In this document: positions 26,695-33,070 of the stretch, piece after piece
Position numbering within the stretch: position 1 is the stretch's first letter
Layout of the letters: each line of letters begins with the position of its first letter
Assembly: GCA_038217285.1 (NCBI GenBank)
Contig: JBBQPO010000026.1
Coordinates: 1-33,070 of the forward strand
DNA: 33,070 bases
From: Chthonomonadales bacterium
Lineage (GTDB): Bacteria > Armatimonadota > Chthonomonadetes > Chthonomonadales > Chthonomonadaceae
Direction of reading: 5' to 3'
Made by a program: the position numbers and the translations under genes
Notes under the pieces: model-generated
The model's input: the letters and a program-made list of their open reading frames with translations, nothing else
The model's database searches: none
What the model was told of the DNA's origin: nothing

Positions 26695-27143
26695 GCTTCG
26701 CGTCGCCGCGTCTCTGCCTGACGCCGCAGACGGCGGGCGTAGTCGGCGCTGTCCTCTATATCCTTACGATCTGCCCATGCGCCAAACACTCCATCGCGCT
26801 CCAGCATCGCAACAACTTCTGCTCCCATTTTGGGCTTCTCCTCCGGCATTCTGGGCAGCAGAGCTTCCCATTCTTCCGGCGTTCCATCCCGCAGGATATG
26901 GTCAATGCTGGGCTGCATAGCGGATCGCAACGCCTCTTCCACTTCCGGTGGCAAGGGCTTTACGGATCGCGCGACCAGGAAGATGATCAAAATCCAACCG
27001 AAGAGTTCCGAGGGCGATAACGACGGTTCGCGCACCGCTTCCACGAGTCTGCGACCGGCATCTTCAGGAGACAGACCCGCTCTTCTTGCGCGCTCGTCCA
27101 GGCGCTCCTCAACGTCGAGCGGAAGATTCAATATCAAATCCAT
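26691..27143 (-). CDS. Putative VapB-like antitoxin
   Basis: RHH-like N-terminus (LILNLPLDVEERLDERARRAGLS), C-terminal FGAWADRKDIEDSADYARRLR; translationally coupled to the PIN remnant. Confidence 0.7.
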   Translation of the reverse strand: MDLILNLPLDVEERLDERARRAGLSPEDAGRRLVEAVREPSLSPSELFGWILIIFLVARSVKPLPPEVEEALRSAMQPSIDHILRDGTPEEWEALLPRMPEEKPKMGAEVVAMLERDGVFGAWADRKDIEDSADYARRLRRQAETRRREA

Positions 27144-27187
27144 AGTTTTGCCTTTCGATCTTCAAACGCAACGCGGATGCTGGAACT

Positions 27188-27511
27188 TCATCGCGGAATA
27201 ACGACTTCCTGATATGCCCCTGGAACTATCGCATCAACTGCATCTTGGATAGCGTCCAGATGCAATTGGATACGGGGCCATGAGGTGGACAGCAGAACCA
27301 GAGTCGCAAGTTGACGGCCTGCAAAATTTTGTTGATAACGGAGGTTCTGGTCTGTCGTAATGAGCAGGTCGTAATCATCTTGTTCTGCAACAGCAATTAG
27401 ATTTCCATTGGACAGTGCCGCCCATCCACGCTCATAGGCCGTATCAACCACGTGACCTGACAGGTGGCGGCGCAGTGGTACCGGCGTTCCCTGATCAAAC
27501 AAAATCTTCAT
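27188..27511 (-). CDS. DUF5615 / VapC45-like PIN toxin
   Basis: MKILFDQGTP, GWAALSNG, LITTDQNLRYQQN; ATGA overlap with the DUF433 gene. Confidence 0.85.
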   Translation of the reverse strand: MKILFDQGTPVPLRRHLSGHVVDTAYERGWAALSNGNLIAVAEQDDYDLLITTDQNLRYQQNFAGRQLATLVLLSTSWPRIQLHLDAIQDAVDAIVPGAYQEVVIPR

Positions 27512-27747
27512 GTCAATTTGATGTTCGTCAGGGACGTGAGTTCAAAGTCGAGCAATGCCTCGACCTGGGCGCGGGTCACTCCGGGAAACCACTCCAAAAA
27601 CTGGTCAATGGAAGCCCCATCTTTCAGATTCTCGAATAAGGCTGCTACAGGGACACGCGTTCCACGAAAAATCCATGCGCCACTCATCTTAGCGGGATCG
27701 CGCTCCATTATGGTAAGAAGTTGTGTGTTGTCCATAAAATGCTCCAC
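27508..27747 (-). CDS. DUF433 antitoxin (start may be 27735)
   Basis: RDPAKMSGAWIFRGTRVPV, LKDGASIDQFLEWFPGVT. Confidence 0.9.
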   Translation of the reverse strand: MEHFMDNTQLLTIMERDPAKMSGAWIFRGTRVPVAALFENLKDGASIDQFLEWFPGVTRAQVEALLDFELTSLTNIKLT

Positions 27748-27878
27748 CCTGATCCTACCCTCTCAGCGAGGCTGTTCCAGTATAACGAACACCAGGCGCA
27801 AGTCGCGTAGCGCTTCCTTCTATTATACACATGAGTCCAACGAGGCTGCAAACCAGCTTACGATAAGGCGGCCTCGTT

Positions 27879-29156
27879 TCAGCCAATGGTACGAATGTAG
27901 GTGTTACCGGGCAGGCGGCGCACCAGACCTTCCAGTTCCAGAAAGATCAGCTCGATACCGGCTTCGGTCGCGGGGATGCTGGCGCGTTGGGCGAGTTGGT
28001 CGAGATGCTGCGGCGTCTGGGTGAGGTTTTCCATCAACTGTCGTCTCAGCGGGGGCAGAGAGCGGAGTAAGGCGCTGATGTCGGATGCGGGAGCGGTAGC
28101 GACCACCGCTCGATTCGGAGCCTCTTCCATTCGGTCTGTTTTGAGGGCAGGGCGGCGTTCGCGCAGGTCGAGAACGCCCTGCGAGGCGGAAGGGGCGGCG
28201 AGGGGCAGCAGATTCACGGAGCGGAGGATATCGACCATCTCCGTCACCATTGTCGCGCCGTCTTTGATGAGGTCGTTGCAGCCTTCGCTGGAGAGTCGGT
28301 CGATGTTCCCTGGCACCGCCAGCACCGGTCTGCCCTGATCGGCGGCAAAACTCGCCGTGATCAGCGCGCCGCTCTTGCGGGGCGCCTCGATGACCAGCAC
28401 CGCCAGCGACATCGCGCTGATGAGGCGATTGCGGGCCGGGAACCGCCAGGCTTCCGGCTGCGCTCCAAGCGGGTTTTCGGAGATCATCGCGCCCTGCTGG
28501 ATAATCTGCTCGAAGAGGTGACGATTCTCGCGAGGATAGTCCACATCCAGCCCGCAGCCGAGAAAGGCCAGAGTCCGACCGCCCCCCGACAGAGCGCCGC
28601 GATGCGCCGACGCGTCTATCCCGACCGCGCCCCCGCTGACAGTGGCGATATTCTGCTCAGCCAGTTCACGGCTCATGCGCTCTGCGGTCGCTCGCCCGTA
28701 AGGCGTGGCATGGCGGGAGCCGACGATGCCGATGCTGTGGCTGTCGTCCGGCTGCAGCGTGCCGCGCACGAAGAGAATAGGCGGCGCATCCGGCAGGATC
28801 TCCAGAGGCTCCGGATATTCCGGGCGACCGCGCAACGCCAGCCAGACACCCTGTTTCTCGATCCAGGCGACCTGTCTCTCCGTCGGCAGAGTCAGGGGAT
28901 CCCGCAGACGCACCAGATGTCGCGCCTGAAACCCCGGCACCGGATCGAGTTCAGCGTCCGTGGCGGCAAAGATACGCAGGGGATCGTTGTCGAAATGGGC
29001 CAACAGTGTTGCCAGCAGACGAGGGGACAGGGAGACATTGGCGAGATGCAGCCAGGCGCGCAACGTGTCCCCATCCAGAGGTTGGGATGGGGACATCGCG
29101 CCGGCAGAAGGGGAGGCCGGAGAAACCATCGATAGGTTGGTATCGAGAGCAGCCAT
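27879..29156 (-). CDS. dprA: DNA-processing protein DprA (Smf)
   Basis: YPEPL, PPILFVRG, IVGSR, VSGGAVGID, FPARNRLIS, EAPRKSGALITA, VPGNID, C-terminal winged helix. Confidence 0.95.
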   Translation of the reverse strand: MAALDTNLSMVSPASPSAGAMSPSQPLDGDTLRAWLHLANVSLSPRLLATLLAHFDNDPLRIFAATDAELDPVPGFQARHLVRLRDPLTLPTERQVAWIEKQGVWLALRGRPEYPEPLEILPDAPPILFVRGTLQPDDSHSIGIVGSRHATPYGRATAERMSRELAEQNIATVSGGAVGIDASAHRGALSGGGRTLAFLGCGLDVDYPRENRHLFEQIIQQGAMISENPLGAQPEAWRFPARNRLISAMSLAVLVIEAPRKSGALITASFAADQGRPVLAVPGNIDRLSSEGCNDLIKDGATMVTEMVDILRSVNLLPLAAPSASQGVLDLRERRPALKTDRMEEAPNRAVVATAPASDISALLRSLPPLRRQLMENLTQTPQHLDQLAQRASIPATEAGIELIFLELEGLVRRLPGNTYIRTIG

Positions 29157-29164
29157 CGACAGGG

Positions 29165-30883
29165 CTACTCGCCGCCGCCGGGACCACTGGAACCGCCGCC
29201 GCCGGGACCGCTGCTGCCACCGCCCGATTTGCCGAGGCCGCCCGATTTGCCGCCTGCGCCGCCCGGTGTCGTACTGCGCTTGATGGCGCGGCGTGGAATC
29301 GTATCGTCCACCACGAATGTCCAGGTCTTGGATGCGGAGTTGCCCATCCAGTCTTTTACCGAGATGGTGACGCTGTGATGCCCGTCGGTCAGGTTGGAAC
29401 CTCTACCGGCATCACTGTCCTGCGTGAAGTAGTCCACCGTACCGTCGTTGGAGTCCCAGACAAATCCATCTTTCTCGCTGGATTCCGTTCCCACCGGACG
29501 GCGCGGAAGATCTTTGCCATCGAGTTGTACGCGCAGGCTGCTCACGTTGACGCCGGAACCCTCATCACTCACTTTGGCGCTGATGTGGAACGGCGGACGT
29601 CCGTTGAGATAGTCGCCCTGTACAGGGACGAGGCGCGTGATCGTCGGCGCCTGCGAATCGGGGGCGTCGTGCCGGAAGGCCGTCAGCGTCCCGTCGTCGG
29701 AAAGGACAAACAGGGTTCCGTCTGCCACGATCGGAGTCGAAGCGATATTGGTCACGAGGGGCAGATAGTTCGCATTGGTGCCGCCCGGCGTCAGGATATA
29801 GCTCCACTTGAGCTCGCCCGTGGCGAGATCGAAGGCATTGACTCCGCCGCGCGCGGTCGTGACGATCAGCAGGTTGTCGGCGACCTGCGGCGAGGCCAGA
29901 ACCTCTTCGTCGACCCGCACCGCTTTTTTCCAGAGGCTGCGGCCAAGCGGGCTGACGGCGTAGATGTAGCGGTCCACGGTGGCGACATAGGCGTTGCCGG
30001 CGGCGTCGGTCGTGGGCGGAGCCGCCGCATCACTGTAGAGGCGCAGGGGCCAGACGCGGATACCGTTGGTACGGTACTTCGACAGGGTGCTTCCGGTGGT
30101 CATATAGAATGTTTCGCCGGTGACGACGGGAAGCGCTGTACGGATATCGCCATCGATGCGGTTGGCGTAGCGCTGAGCTCCGCTGGTAAGATCGATGGCA
30201 TGCAGCACATTGTTGCCGGTGACATAGTAGAGGAAGCCGTTCGATACGCTCACACCGGAGGTGACGTCGCCGCCCAGGTCCACGCCCGTTTTGCCCTTCA
30301 TGCTCCAAATCCCGGGCAGAAAATCCCCGGTCTTTGTGTCGGCGGCATAGAGTCGATTGTTCTGACCGACCGCGTAGACCGTATTGTTAAAGACGGTGGG
30401 CGAGTAGGCGACGCCGCTCGGGATATTGACAAACCATTTCTTCACGCCGTCGGCGGTTCCAAAAGCGTACAGACCATCGAGCGCGCTCACGAAGACCGTG
30501 TCTCCGGCCACGGTCGGAGCCGTGATCACGGTAGCGGCGAGGGTGGAAGCGGAGTCGGAGGGAAATCGCCATTTCAGGGATCCCTGCTTCGCATCTACCG
30601 CATAGATCACCTTGCCGGAAGCGTAGTAGATCGTTCCATCGGCATAGACCGGGGCGGCGGGGTTGTTGCCATACCCGAGACTGGTATGCTTCCAAAGCAC
30701 AGCCATTGGCGCATCGACGGTGGTGCTTGCGGCCTGTGCGTCGGCGGAACGTGTCGGCAGCGCCGCACCCGCCGAGAGAAGCACAGCCAGAACGGCCACC
30801 GCGCCTCCGGCGCGACGCCGGACGGGCAGCACATTGTGGCGCGATTGCGCCCACGGAAGACGGACACGCAGAAGCGTCATCAT
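29165..30883 (-). CDS. Secreted PQQ-binding-like (BamB-like) beta-propeller protein with an Ig-like C-terminal domain and Gly-rich tail
   Basis: Signal peptide, repeated YAVDAKxGxLKW-type blades, DSQAPTI...DWMGNSASKTWTFVVD, tail GGKSGGLGKSGGGSSGPGGGGSSGPGGGE. Confidence 0.88.
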   Translation of the reverse strand: MMTLLRVRLPWAQSRHNVLPVRRRAGGAVAVLAVLLSAGAALPTRSADAQAASTTVDAPMAVLWKHTSLGYGNNPAAPVYADGTIYYASGKVIYAVDAKQGSLKWRFPSDSASTLAATVITAPTVAGDTVFVSALDGLYAFGTADGVKKWFVNIPSGVAYSPTVFNNTVYAVGQNNRLYAADTKTGDFLPGIWSMKGKTGVDLGGDVTSGVSVSNGFLYYVTGNNVLHAIDLTSGAQRYANRIDGDIRTALPVVTGETFYMTTGSTLSKYRTNGIRVWPLRLYSDAAAPPTTDAAGNAYVATVDRYIYAVSPLGRSLWKKAVRVDEEVLASPQVADNLLIVTTARGGVNAFDLATGELKWSYILTPGGTNANYLPLVTNIASTPIVADGTLFVLSDDGTLTAFRHDAPDSQAPTITRLVPVQGDYLNGRPPFHISAKVSDEGSGVNVSSLRVQLDGKDLPRRPVGTESSEKDGFVWDSNDGTVDYFTQDSDAGRGSNLTDGHHSVTISVKDWMGNSASKTWTFVVDDTIPRRAIKRSTTPGGAGGKSGGLGKSGGGSSGPGGGGSSGPGGGE

Positions 30884-30961
30884 CGGAACAAACCCCCTGT
30901 CTGGTGGTTAAAAAGATCGGTGAGGCGGGCGGAGGAGCGGCGCATGAATCAATCACTGCTA

Positions 30962-30989
30962 TAGACGCGTCGTCGAAGGCGAACGTTAC
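30962..30989 (-). promoter_or_regulatory. Possible ECF-type promoter of the beta-propeller-dprA operon
   Basis: Minus strand GTAAC-N17-CGTCTA. Confidence 0.35.
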
Positions 30990-31008
30990 GGCAATGAGCT
31001 CCCCCTCT

Positions 31009-31037
31009 ATTATAAGAAATCCGGGGAATACTGTCAA
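31009..31037 (-). promoter_or_regulatory. Consensus sigma-70 promoter of the beta-propeller-dprA operon
   Basis: Minus strand TTGACA-N17-TATAAT, perfect consensus. Confidence 0.85.
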
Positions 31038-31165
31038 GTGTTTGGCAGGAAATGACGGCGACGGAACGAAACTAACAGATAATTCAGGTTCCTAAAGGCC
31101 GGTATCGGCGGAACCCTGGGTCCGGACGCGTCGGCAGAGCCGCTTTCAAGGGGGAGAAACCAACC

Positions 31166-31978
31166 ATGTTGAGTGCAGAACAGATTCGCAGTTTTCGAGA
31201 ACAGGGATTTCTGAACGCGCAGCGTATAGGGAGTGATACCGACGCGGACCGGCTGCGCGAACGTATGTTCGCTGTCATCGAAGGGCAGTCGGCAGGCAAA
31301 GCCGAGGCGGTACGAAACATGGGCGGCGAGCAGAATGTCGTGATCCAGATCGTGAACATCTGGGAGGCCGACGACCTTTTTCGCCGCCACCTCTACCAGC
31401 CGGAGATCACGGCGATGATCGCACAGCTCATGGAGACCGATACCGTGCGGGTCTGGCACGATCAGGTGCAGTACAAGCCGCCGTACATCGGCGGGCCGAC
31501 CAACTGGCATCAGGACCATCCCTACTGGCCCATCATCCAGCCCGCCGATCTGGTCAGCGCCTGGATGGCGCTGGAAGACGCTACGATAGAGAACGGCTGT
31601 ATGTGGATGGTTCCGGGCAGCCATAAGTGGGGGGCGCACAAAGGCGGAACCATCGGCACGGACCCGACGGATTTCCGTCCCCTGCCCGATCTGGCCCAAC
31701 TGCCGCCGAACGTCTCTGTCGAACCCGTCCCGTGCGAAGTGAAGAAAGGCGATGTGATGTTTCACCACTGCCTGACCTGGCACGGCTCGCCGCCCAACCG
31801 ATCCGCGCACGGCCGTCCCGCCATCGCGGTACACTACATGCCCGGTTACACGCGCTACGAAAAAGACCCGGCCAAAACCCATCTGGTCGAACACAATGTC
31901 GAGGTCGCGCCTGGGGAGGTGCTGAAAGGCGCCCACTTCCCCACCGTCCGCGAGAACGGCGAACCCGTCGCTCCGTAG
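31166..31978 (+). CDS. Phytanoyl-CoA dioxygenase (PhyH) family Fe(II)/2-oxoglutarate dioxygenase
   Basis: WHQD (HxD), SAWMALEDATIENGCM, VPGSHKWG, WHGSPPNRS, R. Confidence 0.92.
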   Translation: MLSAEQIRSFREQGFLNAQRIGSDTDADRLRERMFAVIEGQSAGKAEAVRNMGGEQNVVIQIVNIWEADDLFRRHLYQPEITAMIAQLMETDTVRVWHDQVQYKPPYIGGPTNWHQDHPYWPIIQPADLVSAWMALEDATIENGCMWMVPGSHKWGAHKGGTIGTDPTDFRPLPDLAQLPPNVSVEPVPCEVKKGDVMFHHCLTWHGSPPNRSAHGRPAIAVHYMPGYTRYEKDPAKTHLVEHNVEVAPGEVLKGAHFPTVRENGEPVAP

Positions 31979-32007
31979 ACAACTATCGGATCGGAAAGGA
32001 ACGTAGT

Positions 32008-33003
32008 ATGCGACTGCTGATTCTGGGGGGAACGATCTTTCTGGGCAGGTCTCTGGTCGAAACGGCGCTGGAGCGAGGGCATACCGTCACGCTCTTCAAC
32101 CGCGGCAAGCACAGTCCGGAGCTGTTTCCCGAGGTCGAGAAGCTGATCGGGGATCGCAACGGCGATCTGGCTGCCTTACAAGGCCGCACATGGGACGCGG
32201 TGATCGATACCTGCGGCTATGTGCCCCGTGTCGTCGCCTCCTCCGCGCAGCGGCTCGCCGATGCGGTGGGACACTACACCTTTATCTCCTCCATCTCCGC
32301 CTATGCGAACTTCCGTCAGCCGAACATGAACGAGAGCGGCCCCATCGCCACGATGGAAGACGAGACGGTGGAGGAGGTGACTGGCGAGAGTTACGGGCCT
32401 CTAAAGGTGCTGTGCGAACAGGCGGCGGAGCGCGCCCTGCCCGGCCGCACGCTCAACATTCGCCCCGGCCTGATCGTCGGGCCCCACGACCCCTCCGATC
32501 GCTTCACCTACTGGCCCGTGCGTGTCGCCCGCGGCGGCCAACTGCTCTGCCCGCCCGGCGCGGACGCGACGCAGATCATCGACGTCCGCGATCTGGCCGA
32601 ATGGAATATCCGCATGGTCGAGGCAGGCAAAGTCGGCCTCTATAACGCGACCGGGCCGGACTATCGTCTGACCATGCAGGAGGTTCTGGAGACCAGCAAA
32701 TCGGTCAGCCGCAGCGACGCCTCCTTTACCTGGGTCGATAAGGAGTTCTTGCAGGAGCAGGAGATTCGCGGCTGGGTGGAGCTGCCGTGCTGGCTGCCGG
32801 AAGAGGGCGACGAGGCCGGTTTCAACAGCGTCAACTGCGCCCGCGCCATCGCCGACGGCCTGACTTTCCGCCCTTTTGCCGAGATCGCGCGCGATACACT
32901 GACCTGGGCCGCGGCCCGGCCCGCCGACTATGTACTCCGGGCCGGTCTCAAACCGGAACGCGAACAGGAAGCGCTCGCCGCATGGCATCAGCGAACACCG
33001 TAG
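32008..33003 (+). CDS. NAD-dependent epimerase/dehydratase (atypical SDR, isoflavone-reductase-like)
   Basis: LILGGTIFLG, FNRG, WDAVID, YGPLK (YxxxK), RPGLIVGP, IDVRDLA; AAGGA RBS before ATG at 32008. Confidence 0.92.
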   Translation: MRLLILGGTIFLGRSLVETALERGHTVTLFNRGKHSPELFPEVEKLIGDRNGDLAALQGRTWDAVIDTCGYVPRVVASSAQRLADAVGHYTFISSISAYANFRQPNMNESGPIATMEDETVEEVTGESYGPLKVLCEQAAERALPGRTLNIRPGLIVGPHDPSDRFTYWPVRVARGGQLLCPPGADATQIIDVRDLAEWNIRMVEAGKVGLYNATGPDYRLTMQEVLETSKSVSRSDASFTWVDKEFLQEQEIRGWVELPCWLPEEGDEAGFNSVNCARAIADGLTFRPFAEIARDTLTWAAARPADYVLRAGLKPEREQEALAAWHQRTP

Positions 33004-33070
33004 AGGTATTCTGCCCTTTTGCCGGGAACGTACCAGAGCGCAGGAACGTCGTCCGCAGTTGGGTTTAGTC

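Noticed and set aside
29168-29265. Short DNA repeats CCGCCGCCGGGACC and CGCCCGATTTGCCG
   Set aside because: Explained by the Gly/Ser-rich coding tail.
29006-30964. 652-aa plus-strand ORF
   Set aside because: Antisense shadow of the beta-propeller gene.
30990-31020. GGCAATGAGCTCCCCC as a fluoride riboswitch
   Set aside because: The P1 pairing and the downstream conserved GATGAC element are absent, no fluoride-related gene is adjacent, and the region is explained by the minus-strand promoter.

Overview
GC-rich bacterial chromosomal window. The gene repertoire and protein style suggest Armatimonadota, but this is inference only. It opens with the terminal repeat array of an IS21-family element abutting a probably 5'-truncated gene. 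The housekeeping and metabolic genes are ycaQ, a DPP IV-like S9 peptidase, glgP, a HEAT-repeat protein, an EamA-hpnI-thiN-SSS operon, GH97, a UbiA/LyeJ-like prenyltransferase, a beta-propeller-dprA operon, PhyH and an SDR. They are interleaved with more AT-rich islets carrying five probable toxin-antitoxin pairs. Four observations stand out: (1) an ECF sigma factor fused to a membrane-free PilC/GspF (T2SSF)-like domain; (2) a four-gene oxidative operon (duplicated-domain membrane protein, ABA4/DUF4281, Dyp peroxidase, P450) with no redox partner; (3) a DPP IV-like peptidase whose catalytic Ser codon is Cys; (4) three TA toxins disabled (MazF and a GNAT toxin by in-frame TAG, a VapC by in-frame internal deletion) while their antitoxins look intact. 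No tRNA, rRNA or CRISPR array was seen. All family calls come from motif recognition by eye, without database searches.
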